DNA from: Escherichia phage vB_EcoM_112
Strand: one strand, 5' to 3'
Length of the DNA: 64,000 nt
Sequence record: NC_024125.2
Shown: positions 38,156-48,317 of the stretch, one piece after another
Numbering within the stretch: position 1 is the first letter of the stretch
How the letters are laid out: each line of letters begins with the position of its first letter
Notes under the pieces: model-generated
The model's input: only the letters and a program-made list of their open reading frames with translations
What the model was told of the DNA's origin: nothing
Database searches by the model: none
Translations under genes and position numbers: made by a program

Positions 38156-38821
38156 TTAAAATTTCATTTTTCGACCTTTAAACCATCCTTCTGGAATTGG
38201 GTCAGTTTTCTTAATACGTTTAGAAACTTTTTCATCTAATGAATGAATCCACATCATACCGAATTGGGAATTCTTTTCACCTTTCTGGTGATTATTTTTG
38301 GCGTGAGATTCTTTCATTTTATTAATAGTTTCAGGAGTATGGGTCTTACCCAAGAAAGATTTAGTATTTAAAAATTTCTCTCTATACTTAGGATTATCCC
38401 AAAGCTGTTTAAACCTTTCTGAACCCATTTTACGATATTTTTCTTTAAGGTCTGGGTCGTTCTCAAATCTGGTTTTAAAAGCGGCAGCTCCTTTTAAGGA
38501 AGCTTCTTTCTTTTTATCCAAATATTCTTTAGTGTTTAAATGGTCCCAACCACCTTCACCACCTAATTTCAAATTATAAACATCAGGGCGCTTTAAAAAC
38601 TCTTCAGTCACAATATTCTTTTCTAACTCAAACATAGAGGTTTTATCGTCAAAGAACTCTAATATTTCTTTAGAAAAATTTTCTATACCATACTTATCTT
38701 GGGCTCTTTTTAATAATTTACCAGAACCCATATATCCATCATCTAAATTTTCGGTAGAATGAGCGCCTATATAGATTTTATTATTAATTTTATTTGTTAT
38801 TTTATAAATGTAATGGAACAT
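38156..38821 (-). CDS. segB: GIY-YIG homing endonuclease SegB
   Basis: 221 aa, HYIYKITNKINNKIYIGAHS GIY-YIG motif; embedded in the tRNA cluster as in T4. Confidence 0.8.
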   Translation of the reverse strand: MFHYIYKITNKINNKIYIGAHSTENLDDGYMGSGKLLKRAQDKYGIENFSKEILEFFDDKTSMFELEKNIVTEEFLKRPDVYNLKLGGEGGWDHLNTKEYLDKKKEASLKGAAAFKTRFENDPDLKEKYRKMGSERFKQLWDNPKYREKFLNTKSFLGKTHTPETINKMKESHAKNNHQKGEKNSQFGMMWIHSLDEKVSKRIKKTDPIPEGWFKGRKMKF

Positions 38822-38862
38822 AAATATCTCCTATTTCTAAGAGTATTTATGTTCCCAAAATA

Positions 38863-38934
38863 TGGCCCTGGGTGGAATTGAACCACCATCTGGCGATTAT
38901 GAGTCGCTTGCTTGAACCTTCCAGCTACAGGGCC
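38863..38934 (-). tRNA. tRNA-Ile (anticodon CAT, presumably lysidine-modified)
   Basis: Manual fold: acceptor GGCCCTG/CAGGGCC, anticodon loop CTCATAA, T-arm GGTGG-TTCAATT-CCACC. Confidence 0.75.
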
Positions 38935-38940
38935 TTGATA

Positions 38941-39013
38941 TGCTGATTGGCGGAATCGAACCGCCGACGTCCTCATTACAAGTGAGGTGCTCTACCTACT
39001 GAGCTAAATCAGC
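38941..39013 (-). tRNA. tRNA-Thr (anticodon TGT)
   Basis: Acceptor GCTGATT/AATCAGC, anticodon loop CTTGTAA, T-loop GGTTCGATTCC. Confidence 0.8.
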
Positions 39014-39020
39014 GAAATTA

Positions 39021-39107
39021 CGGAGGCGATAGGATTCGAACCTATGAGTCGCCGGAGCGACTGCCGGTTTTCAAGACCGGTGCATTAAACCACTCTGCCA
39101 CGCCTCC
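39021..39107 (-). tRNA. tRNA-Ser (anticodon TGA), long variable arm
   Basis: Acceptor GGAGGCG/CGCCTCC, anticodon loop CTTGAAA, 17-nt variable arm. Confidence 0.8.
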
Positions 39108-39109
39108 AG

Positions 39110-39183
39110 TCTCCGCGGCAGGATTTGAACCTGCGACATTCTGCTCCCAAAGCAGACGCTCTACCAAACTGAGCTACACGAAG
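39110..39183 (-). tRNA. tRNA-Pro (anticodon TGG)
   Basis: Acceptor CTTCGTG/CGCGGAG with two G-U pairs, anticodon loop TTTGGGA, T-arm GCAGG-TTCAAAT-CCTGC. Confidence 0.75.
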
Positions 39184-39195
39184 TAAATTAAATTT

Positions 39196-39267
<72 letters not shown>

Positions 39268-39273
39268 AAACTT

Positions 39274-39360
39274 TGGTACGAGAAGTGGGACTCGAACCCA
39301 CAAGGAAATCATTCCGCAGCATTTTAAGTGCTGTGCCTTTACCAATTTGACCATTCTCGC
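39274..39360 (-). tRNA. tRNA-Leu (anticodon TAA), CCA encoded
   Basis: Acceptor GCGAGAA/TTCTCGT, anticodon loop CTTAAAA, long variable arm. Confidence 0.8.
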
Positions 39361-39361
39361 G

Positions 39362-39434
39362 CTGGGAATAAAGGACTCGAACCTTTGCATCTAGCAGTCA
39401 AAGTGCTATGCCTTACCAACTTGGCTAATTCCCA
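39362..39434 (-). tRNA. tRNA-Gln (anticodon TTG)
   Basis: Acceptor TGGGAAT/ATTCCCA, anticodon loop CTTTGAC; directly abuts tRNA-Leu. Confidence 0.8.
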
Positions 39435-39475
39435 ATTATTAACAAAGGCTCTCAAGCAAGAACCCTTGATGATAG
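39435..39475 (-). promoter_or_regulatory. possible middle (MotA-box-type) promoter for the tRNA cluster
   Basis: Minus-sense TCTTGCTTGA, about 10 nt, then TAATAAT immediately before tRNA-Gln. Confidence 0.3.
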
Positions 39476-39531
39476 AGGGTATTAATCAGTGCGGTATGAG
39501 TTAATAATAACAAATAATTCTTAAAGCATAT

Positions 39532-39819
39532 TTACCATTTATGATGATACATACTTACGATGCATTCAAGACCCAAAGAATTCTTGAAAATATCATATTC
39601 AAGAGGACCTTTTTCTGTTTCAATAAAGAAATCAAAATTTACTGTATTAAATTTACGGTCTTCCTTTACTAATTTAACTTGAGAAGATGAACGGTCAATG
39701 TAAACCTTTTCAACTTCAAAACATGTTAAAATGCCATAATCATCAATCAAGGCTTTAGCTGCTTCTTGATCATATTTATATCCATTTTCAACGGATGATA
39801 CTTTTGCATAAAGAATCAT
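39532..39819 (-). CDS. hypothetical protein
   Basis: 95-aa ORF upstream of the tRNA cluster. Confidence 0.45.
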   Translation of the reverse strand: MILYAKVSSVENGYKYDQEAAKALIDDYGILTCFEVEKVYIDRSSSQVKLVKEDRKFNTVNFDFFIETEKGPLEYDIFKNSLGLECIVSMYHHKW

Positions 39820-39821
39820 TA

Positions 39822-40205
39822 TCAGCCTTCATCAACAATAGTATGAGTATGGGCATTTACAATTTGCCACCAATCAAAGCGATTAGAACCATACATCGGT
39901 TTGTTTTCATTTTCTTTGATAATATCACGGAGTTCATCTTCAGTAGCGGCTTTCGCGATTAAATCAGCATATCCACCACGAGGATAATAATTATCACCTG
40001 CAAAAAGTAAAAAATTTGGTGTAATATTATTGAACTCTTCAAGAGTAATAACTGTTCCTGATGGTAGTTGAACAATCTCTACATAGTTATATCCTAATTT
40101 TTGAGCAGCATCTACTGCTTCAAGCAGGGTATCATGAGCCCGTCCTATTTGGCAATTTGGCTTTTTAGATGGATTAGCCTGATAATCCGCGTACACTTTA
40201 TACAT
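39822..40205 (-). CDS. hypothetical protein
   Basis: Start set at MYKVYADYQ (127 aa). Confidence 0.45.
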   Translation of the reverse strand: MYKVYADYQANPSKKPNCQIGRAHDTLLEAVDAAQKLGYNYVEIVQLPSGTVITLEEFNNITPNFLLFAGDNYYPRGGYADLIAKAATEDELRDIIKENENKPMYGSNRFDWWQIVNAHTHTIVDEG

Positions 40206-40206
40206 T

Positions 40207-40392
40207 CTATTCACCTTTAGAAATTTTATCCATAACAATAGCGATTAAACCAATTAAAAATGCTACTACAAGTGAAAACACATTTTCTGCTGTAGTCAAT
40301 AATCCACATATAAATCCAACAAACATTGAAAAACTAAAAGCGGAAGCAGAAATTGCAATAGCAACATTTCGAATTAATTCACAACGTTTCAT
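40207..40392 (-). CDS. small membrane protein
   Basis: 61 aa, two hydrophobic segments; preceded by an early promoter. Confidence 0.45.
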   Translation of the reverse strand: MKRCELIRNVAIAISASAFSFSMFVGFICGLLTTAENVFSLVVAFLIGLIAIVMDKISKGE

Positions 40393-40420
40393 TTTATTCT
40401 CCTCAGTAGTAGATAGGGTA

Positions 40421-40450
40421 ATAGTATCACTACCCTATCTAAAAGTAAAC
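40421..40450 (-). promoter_or_regulatory. T4-type early promoter in a palindromic cassette
   Basis: GTTTAC, 18 nt, TACTAT; the -10 sits inside the GATAGGGTA...TACCCTATC inverted repeat. Confidence 0.6.
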
Positions 40451-40702
40451 TTATTTTTTACGAAAAATTGATTTATATTTATCAGCCCATTTCTCGATGA
40501 CTTTTTCTGGTCCATAGATAACAAAATAATCACCAAACTCTTCACCACCGAGTTGACCGAAATTATCTAATGCATCACGAAGAACTCCATGAGGCATTTC
40601 GCCCATTTTATCTTTCTTGCCAATGTAAATAAACTCAACTTTTACATCAGCAGCTTCAGCAATAAATTCTTGATACATTTTCATTTTATTCTCCAATTTC
40701 AC
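40451..40702 (-). CDS. small internal-protein-like protein with capsid-targeting N-terminus (ipI locus)
   Basis: Starts MKMYQEFIAEAADVK; 83 aa. Confidence 0.55.
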   Translation of the reverse strand: MKLENKMKMYQEFIAEAADVKVEFIYIGKKDKMGEMPHGVLRDALDNFGQLGGEEFGDYFVIYGPEKVIEKWADKYKSIFRKK

Positions 40703-40720
40703 ATTTGTTTTGATAGGGTA

Positions 40721-40750
40721 ATAGTATCACTACTAAAACCCCGTGTAAAC
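40721..40750 (-). promoter_or_regulatory. T4-type early promoter
   Basis: GTTTAC, 18 nt, TACTAT; same GGTAATAGTATCAC core as the neighbouring copies. Confidence 0.6.
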
Positions 40751-40762
40751 AACTTTGTGAAA

Positions 40763-41020
40763 TTATTTTAAATCTTCTAATCGTTTCTTCATCTTAGAAC
40801 CGTTCTTAGCGATTTCTCCTGCATCAGAGCATAATGCTAAAAGTGCTTTAACTTTAGTTTGGTCTCCTTTAAAAGACGAAGGATCGACTGCAGCAGCAAG
40901 TTCTTTAATACGAGAGAAAAGACGCTCAGCTTCAGCTAAAGCCATTCCAAGCTTTACTTCCATACCGTGGGAAGATTCAGTGATAGTAGTTTTTGTAGCA
41001 AACTCTTTGAAAGTTTTCAT
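40763..41020 (-). CDS. small internal-protein-like protein with capsid-targeting N-terminus (ipI locus)
   Basis: Starts MKTFKEFATKTTITES; 85 aa. Confidence 0.55.
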   Translation of the reverse strand: MKTFKEFATKTTITESSHGMEVKLGMALAEAERLFSRIKELAAAVDPSSFKGDQTKVKALLALCSDAGEIAKNGSKMKKRLEDLK

Positions 41021-41050
41021 TTTATTTTCCTAATTAATTTTGATGAGGTA

Positions 41051-41080
41051 ATAGTATCACTACCTCATCAGCATGTAAAC
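41051..41080 (-). promoter_or_regulatory. T4-type early promoter in a palindromic cassette
   Basis: GTTTAC, 18 nt, TACTAT; flanked by TGATGAGGTA...TACCTCATCA inverted repeat. Confidence 0.6.
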
Positions 41081-41092
41081 AACTTTATGAAA

Positions 41093-41789
<697 letters not shown>

Positions 41790-41790
<1 letters not shown>

Positions 41791-42515
41791 TATAGTACCT
41801 TTAGTGTATTTTTAATTTTAGAAAAAAGTTCTTCAAGAGAACCATCATTTGTAATTACTAAATCGCCATCACGAATTGGCAATCCAGCTTCTGTAATATG
41901 TGTATCATTGGATTTTTGACCAGGACGAACTACATGAATTACTGTAGCACCCATCGCCCTAGCCGCATCCATTTCATGATCTTGACGAGTATCAGGAACG
42001 ATATAATAATCATAACCTGAGTTAAATTTATCAAGATAATCTAAAGCAAATAATTTTACCCAGTACATGCGATCGAAGTTATTAACAATCAAATCCGTAC
42101 CTAGGGCTTGCATCAGACGACGGACTGACCATTGATCTTCAATATTATTTATAACGTCAATAATCTTGTTAAATGCTACGGAATTAACTGATTCTTGTCC
42201 TTCGTCATCAAAAACAAACACACCCTTAATTGGGCTTTTACCATTAAGATAGCAAAATGCTTGTTCCATAATCGTGATTACTTCTAATTTAGTCAGATTT
42301 AAATTAGTCTCACGATCATAGTCAATTCCTTCAAACTCTTTACGAGTTAAGCAAGGATAGTCGGTGTTTGCTGCAAATACTCCCCATGCATAAGCCAATG
42401 CATCCTTAATAGGACCAGCAAGTTGGTATTTAACTGCAGAATAATTGCTCATGATAAAATCAGCAGTAGTATCTTTTCCACTACGCTTTACACCGCTTAA
42501 AAATATTAGTTTCAT
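41790..42515 (-). CDS. 1: deoxynucleoside monophosphate kinase
   Basis: Start at MKLIFLSGVKRSGKDTTADF gives 241 aa; matches T4 gp1. Confidence 0.9.
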
Positions 42516-42564
42516 GTGTTTCTCCTCAAATTTAATTAAGATTATAACACACAAAACTGAAGCA

Positions 42565-43095
42565 TTAAACTTCTGCTATAATTTTGCCATCTTTTTCTAC
42601 TTGAAAATACGTATAAGGAATCGTTGCAGTACATACTAAAGCTGGGTCTGAATCTTCCGTATAGCTAAATTCTACTTCAGATAGGTCAGAAACCCAAGGC
42701 TTATAAAAATTTATTGACATCACGATTTCAGTTTTGCTATTATCTAAAATGTAAAGCGTAATGTACTCAGGACCTGTTTTTTGGGCAGTATTTTCACCTG
42801 TAAGATAGTTGCTAGTTCCTAGCATCCATTCATACATTCCTATCCACGACTTAAGTTCTTCATCAACTATAAATCTCACGATGAGTGGATCGTACTCAAA
42901 TGTAGCACCCGGTCGTTGTGCTCGACCTAGTCCAAACGGCCCAGTCACGGTATCAGTAACAGGTATTCTAATTCCTGGAATAGGAACTGACTGAGCATTT
43001 AAAGTAAAAGCAGATGTAGTATTACTGTGTGGTATTGATACTACAAAGTTAGTTGTATTTGCTTGGTTAAAAATTTGTTGCAGAGCTTGCGACAT
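42565..43095 (-). CDS. 3: gp3 tail-tube terminator/sheath stabiliser
   Basis: Start at MSQALQQIFNQANTT gives 176 aa as in T4 gp3; the upstream track extension was discarded. Confidence 0.85.
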   Translation of the reverse strand: MSQALQQIFNQANTTNFVVSIPHSNTTSAFTLNAQSVPIPGIRIPVTDTVTGPFGLGRAQRPGATFEYDPLIVRFIVDEELKSWIGMYEWMLGTSNYLTGENTAQKTGPEYITLYILDNSKTEIVMSINFYKPWVSDLSEVEFSYTEDSDPALVCTATIPYTYFQVEKDGKIIAEV

Positions 43096-43201
43096 ATATT
43101 CCTCATAATGCTTTATAATTGTTGGTGGTATAATGGGTCTAAGTCCCTTCCATTCAATTCCATTTAGAACAAACAACAGAAAAGAATGGAAGATAATAGA
43201 A

Positions 43202-43861
43202 TTAATTTATTAGACTTCTTAAACGAGCAGAAGTCATAAATGGAAATTTTTCTAAAGTTGGCTTTCGCCAATATCTCGGATGACAAGTTGATTTAAAATC
43301 AAGAACAATTTTCTTTGCTTCATCAATAGTGTTAACTCCAAAGTTATCTAACATTATTTTCTTTTCTTTTTCCCACCGTTTATTAGCTAAAGCAGATTGA
43401 AGCTTTTTGTTTTTAAATGTGTCATTTTTTCTAGAATGAGTTGTTCCTTGTGTCGGACTCCATCCTCTTCCTAAAATAAATCCCTCAGGAATTATATCTC
43501 CATCATGCAATTTTATACATCTTTTACCATTATTATAATATTTTCGTCCAGTTTGTGTATTTGAAATATTATTTGCATGTTTTCTTTTTAACCAACCATA
43601 AACTTTATTATTTCTCCTAACATATTTAGTTGAAACCGTCATTTTTATGGCTGCATAAGATAATTTTAAAGAATTTGGGTGTATTTTTACTAATAGCTGA
43701 TGTGCAACATAATGCTCTTCTGGAGTTAAATCAACCAAGTTAGAAGCACCATTACTACCGCCTAAACATTTCGGAATAATATGATGTCTTTCTTTATATC
43801 CAGTAAGGGCTCTATTGCGAGCCCTATCAATTAGTGAATTATAAATTTTTTCATAATTCAT
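43202..43861 (-). CDS. free-standing HNH homing endonuclease
   Basis: [12 protein letters not shown]...[18 protein letters not shown] motif; inserted between genes 2 and 3. Confidence 0.75.
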   Translation of the reverse strand: MNYEKIYNSLIDRARNRALTGYKERHHIIPKCLGGSNGASNLVDLTPEEHYVAHQLLVKIHPNSLKLSYAAIKMTVSTKYVRRNNKVYGWLKRKHANNISNTQTGRKYYNNGKRCIKLHDGDIIPEGFILGRGWSPTQGTTHSRKNDTFKNKKLQSALANKRWEKEKKIMLDNFGVNTIDEAKKIVLDFKSTCHPRYWRKPTLEKFPFMTSARLRSLIN

Positions 43862-44685
43862 CGTACATTGCTCCAAACTTTGTTTGCAGAGAAACGTTTT
43901 CCTTTGGAGTAGAAGCTTTGGAGCGGCATCAACACAACGTTCGCCCAGTCTTTCGGGGCGATTTCAACAAGGCTACCCATAATATTACCAGGTATATATG
44001 CCTTAATCATTTGATCTGCACCCCTAAATCCTTTCACTTGACTCCAATCAATTTTTAATTTCGTTTTATTAGTAATAGTAGGTGTATTTGAATATTGCTT
44101 TAAAAGCTCTTCTAGAAACTGTTGACGAGCTTTAGGCGGAATATAGTGCAAGTTTAATCCGTACATTAAATTATGCTTACCTAAACCAAGGTAAATTATC
44201 AAAGGAAATTTATCCCAGTAAGGAAGAGTTTCCTTGTGTTTAGCATCATAAGCAAAAGCATATATTCGTCCCGGCTGCGGGCGAACAACTTTATGTCCTT
44301 TTACTTGCTTAATAGTTTCGGCAAACCACTTTCTGGTTTTATTATTAATTGCTGCACCTTCATTACGAATTTTATCACGCAATGTTTGTCTGAATGAATT
44401 TATCATAAGCAGTTGTCTTTCTTGCTTATTGAGTTTATTCATTGGTTTTGATTCAAGCTTTTGAATCTTTTCAGCCGTTTTAATTCCTGAAGCATATTTT
44501 GACATTGCTGAAGTAAACGTAGAGTATTTGATTCCTCTTTCTTCAGCAAATTGCTTTCCTGTCATTCCTTTTGCTTTGGCCTTTTTATATTCAAGACCTA
44601 TCTGAATCCATTTCTTTTCGTTTAATGATTGCTTAACCTTTGGAACTTGGGGAGTGCTTTCATTAATTATTTGAAAAATAGCCAT
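43858..44685 (-). CDS. 2: gp2 DNA-end protector
   Basis: 275 aa; T4 gp2-like sequence and position. Confidence 0.85.
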   Translation of the reverse strand: MAIFQIINESTPQVPKVKQSLNEKKWIQIGLEYKKAKAKGMTGKQFAEERGIKYSTFTSAMSKYASGIKTAEKIQKLESKPMNKLNKQERQLLMINSFRQTLRDKIRNEGAAINNKTRKWFAETIKQVKGHKVVRPQPGRIYAFAYDAKHKETLPYWDKFPLIIYLGLGKHNLMYGLNLHYIPPKARQQFLEELLKQYSNTPTITNKTKLKIDWSQVKGFRGADQMIKAYIPGNIMGSLVEIAPKDWANVVLMPLQSFYSKGKRFSANKVWSNVR

Positions 44686-45137
44686 TATGCCCCCTTAAAG
44701 CCAAGAGCTCGTAATCCATCTTCTGTTAGAATTCTAAATTTTATTCCACGCTTTTCAGCTAAAGATTGTGCTGCTTTCCATTTGTCAGTGTTCACAGACC
44801 AGGTATAAATTTCATTCATAAATCTTTTCTTCGCTGCGGTTGTTAGATGTGCGGGTTTAACCGGTGGTTGTGTTTCTTTTTTAGGTTTTATTTCAATAAA
44901 AAATTCTTGCCCAGAAGAATCTTTCATCCAAATATCCATGAAGTATCTACGTTTTTTCCCTTCGGCATTACAAAAATAAGGAATTACTGCTGTTTCACTA
45001 CCCCATGCAATAATTTCTGGATTTTTATCTAACCATTCAAAAAAGAATTTTTCCCAATTTGATCTATACGTAATTTTTTTAGGGTCACCTCTATATTTTG
45101 ATATATTTTTAGGAACCCATTTTCCAGAATATGCCAT
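44685..45137 (-). CDS. 4: gp4 head completion protein
   Basis: 150 aa, [29 protein letters not shown]...; matches T4 gp4. Confidence 0.9.
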   Translation of the reverse strand: MAYSGKWVPKNISKYRGDPKKITYRSNWEKFFFEWLDKNPEIIAWGSETAVIPYFCNAEGKKRRYFMDIWMKDSSGQEFFIEIKPKKETQPPVKPAHLTTAAKKRFMNEIYTWSVNTDKWKAAQSLAEKRGIKFRILTEDGLRALGFKGA

Positions 45138-45148
45138 TGGATTCTCCT

Positions 45149-45156
45149 TATAAATA
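45149..45156 (+). promoter_or_regulatory. late promoter (TATAAATA) for gene 53
   Basis: Exact TATAAATA about 30 nt upstream of the gp53 ATG. Confidence 0.65.
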
Positions 45157-45163
45157 GATAATA

Positions 45164-45171
45164 TATTTATA
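45164..45171 (-). promoter_or_regulatory. late promoter (TATAAATA) for gene 4
   Basis: Plus-strand TATTTATA about 27 nt from the gp4 start; divergent from the gene 53 promoter. Confidence 0.6.
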
Positions 45172-45184
45172 AACAGGAGGGCCC

Positions 45185-45775
45185 ATGCTCTTTACATTTT
45201 TTGATCCGATTGAATATGCGGCCAAAACGGTGAATAAAAACGCGCCGACTATTCCTATGACAGATATTTTTAGAAACTATAAAGACTATTTTAAGCGTGC
45301 TCTTGCGGGATATCGCTTACGTACTTATTATATTAAAGGTTCACCACGCCCGGAAGAATTAGCAAATACTATATATGGAAATCCACAGTTGTATTGGGTT
45401 TTATTGATGTGTAATGATAATTATGATCCGTATTATGGATGGATTACTTCACAAGAAGCTGCTTATCAAGCATCTATACAAAAATACAAAAACGTAGGTG
45501 GAGACCAAATAGTATATCATGTAAATGAGAATGGTGAAAAATTTTATAATTTAATATCATACGATGATAATCCATATGTTTGGTATGACAAAGGTGATAA
45601 AGCTAGAAAATATCCTCAATATGAAGGAGCACTTGCTGCGGTCGATACGTATGAAGCTGCTGTTCTTGAAAATGAAAAACTTCGTCAAATAAAAATAATA
45701 GCAAAATCAGACATTAATTCATTTATGAACGACCTTATACGTATAATGGAGAAATCTTATGGAAATGATAAGTAA
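45185..45775 (+). CDS. 53: gp53 baseplate wedge protein
   Basis: 196 aa as in T4 gp53. Confidence 0.9.
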   Translation: MLFTFFDPIEYAAKTVNKNAPTIPMTDIFRNYKDYFKRALAGYRLRTYYIKGSPRPEELANTIYGNPQLYWVLLMCNDNYDPYYGWITSQEAAYQASIQKYKNVGGDQIVYHVNENGEKFYNLISYDDNPYVWYDKGDKARKYPQYEGALAAVDTYEAAVLENEKLRQIKIIAKSDINSFMNDLIRIMEKSYGNDK

Positions 45776-47486
45776 TAACCTTAATTGGTTTGTTGGTGTT
45801 GTTGAAGATAGAATGGACCCATTAAAATTAGGTCGTGTTCGTGTTCGTGTTGTTGGTCTGCATCCACCTCAAAGAGCACAAGGTGATGTAATGGGTATTC
45901 CAACTGAAAAATTACCATGGATGTCAGTTATTCAACCTATAACTTCTGCAGCAATGTCTGGAATTGGAGGCTCCGTTACTGGACCGGTAGAAGGAACTAG
46001 AGTTTATGGTCATTTTTTAGACAAATGGAAAACTAACGGAATTGTCCTTGGCACGTATGGTGGAATAGTTCGCGAAAAACCGAATAGACTTGAAGGATTT
46101 TCTGACCCAACTGGGCAATATCCTAGACGTTTAGGAAATGATACTAACGTACTAAACCAAGGCGGTGATGTAGGATATGATTCCTCTTCTAATGTTATTC
46201 AAGATAGTAACTTAGACACTGCAATAAATCCTGATGATAGACCACTATCAGAGATTCCAACTGATGATAATCCAAACATGTCAATGGCTGAAATGCTTCG
46301 CCGTGATGAAGGATTAAGACTAAAAGTTTATTGGGATACCGAAGGATATCCGACAATTGGTATTGGTCATCTTATCATGAAGCAGCCAGTTCGTGATATG
46401 GCTCAAATTAATAAAGTTTTATCAAAACAAGTTGGTCGTGAAATTACTGGAAACCCAGGTTCTATTACAATGGAAGAGGCGACGACTTTATTTGAGCGTG
46501 ATTTGGCTGATATGCAACGTGACATTAAATCACATTCTAAAGTAGGACCAGTCTGGCAAGCTGTCAACCGTTCTCGTCAAATGGCATTAGAAAATATGGC
46601 ATTTCAGATGGGTGTTGGTGGTGTAGCTAAATTTAACACAATGTTAACTGCTATGTTAGCAGGAGATTGGGAAAAAGCGTATAAAGCCGGTCGTGATTCA
46701 TTATGGTATCAACAAACAAAAGGCCGTGCATCCCGTGTTACCATGATTATTCTTACGGGAAATTTAGAATCATATGGCGTTGAAGTGAAAACCCCAGCTA
46801 GGTCTCTATCAGCAATGGCTGCTACTGTAGCTAAATCTTCTGACCCTGCTGACCCTCCTATTCCAAATGACTCGAGAATTTTATTCAAAGAACCAGTTTC
46901 TTCATATAAAGGTGAATATCCTTATGTGCATACAATGGAAACTGAAAGTGGACATATTCAGGAATTTGATGATACCCCTGGGCAAGAACGATACAGATTA
47001 GTTCATCCAACTGGAACTTATGAAGAAGTATCACCGTCAGGAAGAAGAACAAGAAAAACTGTTGATAATTTGTATGATATAACCAACGCTGATGGTAATT
47101 TTTTGGTAGCCGGTGATAAAAAGACTAACGTCGGTGGATCAGAAATTTATTACAACATGGATAATCGTCTTCACCAGATAGATGGAAGCAATACAATATT
47201 TGTACGTGGCGACGAAACGAAAACTGTTGAAGGTAATGGAACTATCCTAGTTAAAGGTAATGTTACTATTGTAGTTGAAGGCAATGCTGACATTACAGTT
47301 AAAGGAGATGCTACCACTTTAGTTGAAGGAAATCAAACTAATACAGTAAATGGAAATCTTTCTTGGAAAGTTGCTGGGACAGTTGATTGGGACGTTGGTG
47401 GTGATTGGACAGAAAAAATGGCATCTATGAGTTCTATTTCATCTGGTCAATACACAATTGATGGATCGAGGATTGACATTGGCTAA
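45759..47486 (+). CDS. 5: gp5 baseplate hub and tail lysozyme (cell-puncturing device)
   Basis: 575 aa; N-terminal OB domain, central lysozyme domain (RRDEGLRLKVYWDTEGYPTIGIGHLI), C-terminal VxGxxxxx beta-helix repeats. Confidence 0.95.
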   Translation: MEMISNNLNWFVGVVEDRMDPLKLGRVRVRVVGLHPPQRAQGDVMGIPTEKLPWMSVIQPITSAAMSGIGGSVTGPVEGTRVYGHFLDKWKTNGIVLGTYGGIVREKPNRLEGFSDPTGQYPRRLGNDTNVLNQGGDVGYDSSSNVIQDSNLDTAINPDDRPLSEIPTDDNPNMSMAEMLRRDEGLRLKVYWDTEGYPTIGIGHLIMKQPVRDMAQINKVLSKQVGREITGNPGSITMEEATTLFERDLADMQRDIKSHSKVGPVWQAVNRSRQMALENMAFQMGVGGVAKFNTMLTAMLAGDWEKAYKAGRDSLWYQQTKGRASRVTMIILTGNLESYGVEVKTPARSLSAMAATVAKSSDPADPPIPNDSRILFKEPVSSYKGEYPYVHTMETESGHIQEFDDTPGQERYRLVHPTGTYEEVSPSGRRTRKTVDNLYDITNADGNFLVAGDKKTNVGGSEIYYNMDNRLHQIDGSNTIFVRGDETKTVEGNGTILVKGNVTIVVEGNADITVKGDATTLVEGNQTNTVNGNLSWKVAGTVDWDVGGDWTEKMASMSSISSGQYTIDGSRIDIG

Positions 47487-47520
47487 TATACTTCCAATGA
47501 GCGCTGATTTAGGAGAATCC

Positions 47521-48015
47521 ATGGAAGGTTCTTCTATCGACGTCACCTTTACCGCTCAATTAGAAACGGGTGAAACGTTAGTATCTATAAATATAACTAG
47601 TTACGAAGAAACTCCTGGGGTTTTAGTAGAAGAAAATCGCTTATATGGAACATATGAATCTGTATTTGGTTTCGGAAATGACGCGTTGAAATATCGTTTA
47701 GGCGATGAATTTAAAACTGCTGCTTCATGGGAAGAACTTCCTACTGATTCTGATACTCAGTTGTATTTGTGGAAAGCTCCTCAAAATCTCCAGAAGACAT
47801 TCACTTACGAAGTAACATTAATATATGACTACCAAGAACAAAGTGAATCTGGGGGTTCTGGCAGTAATTCTAGGTCATCTTCTGATACTACTGAACCAAC
47901 GAATCCTCCAGCTCCAATAAGAAAAACACTTGTTAAAAATTATACTAAAACTATAGTTGGAAATTGGAGTCGTTGGGCTAATAAATTGAGAAGCTATGTG
48001 TATGAGAGGCCATAA
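47521..48015 (+). CDS. gp5.1-like protein
   Basis: Start chosen at the ATG preceded by AGGAGA; the longer track ORF overlaps the gp5 3' end. Confidence 0.5.
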
Positions 48016-48309
48016 ATGTCAGGATTAAGTTATGATAAGTGTGTTACTGCTGGCCATGAAGCGTGGCCTCCAACAGTTGTGAATGCTACACAAAGTAAAG
48101 TATTCACTGGAGGAATTGCTGTTCTAGTAGCAGGCGATCCAATTACAGAACATACAGAAATTAAAAAGCCATATGAAACACATGGCGGAGTGACACAACC
48201 CAGAACTTCTAAGGTATATGTCACTGGAAAGAAAGCTGTTCAAATGGCTGATCCAATATCATGCGGTGATACTGTGGCTCAGGCATCATCTAAAGTATTC
48301 ATTAAATAG
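48016..48309 (+). CDS. 5.4: gp5.4 PAAR-repeat spike tip
   Basis: 97 aa, Gly-rich PAAR-like protein as in T4 gp5.4. Confidence 0.85.
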
Positions 48310-48317
48310 GATTTAAA

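Noticed and set aside
43096-43176. Upstream extension of gp3 (MFVLNGIEWKGLRPIIPPTIIKHYEEY)
   Set aside because: T4 gp3 begins at MSQALQQ; the extension has no homology support.
48030-48224. Minus-strand ORFs inside the late structural genes (48030..48224, 49826..50023, 52125..52484, 53741..54076, 57385..57732, 58080..58328, 59760..60032, 60156..60467)
   Set aside because: All lie antisense within well-supported baseplate and fibre genes whose plus-strand frames match T4 proteins at full length.
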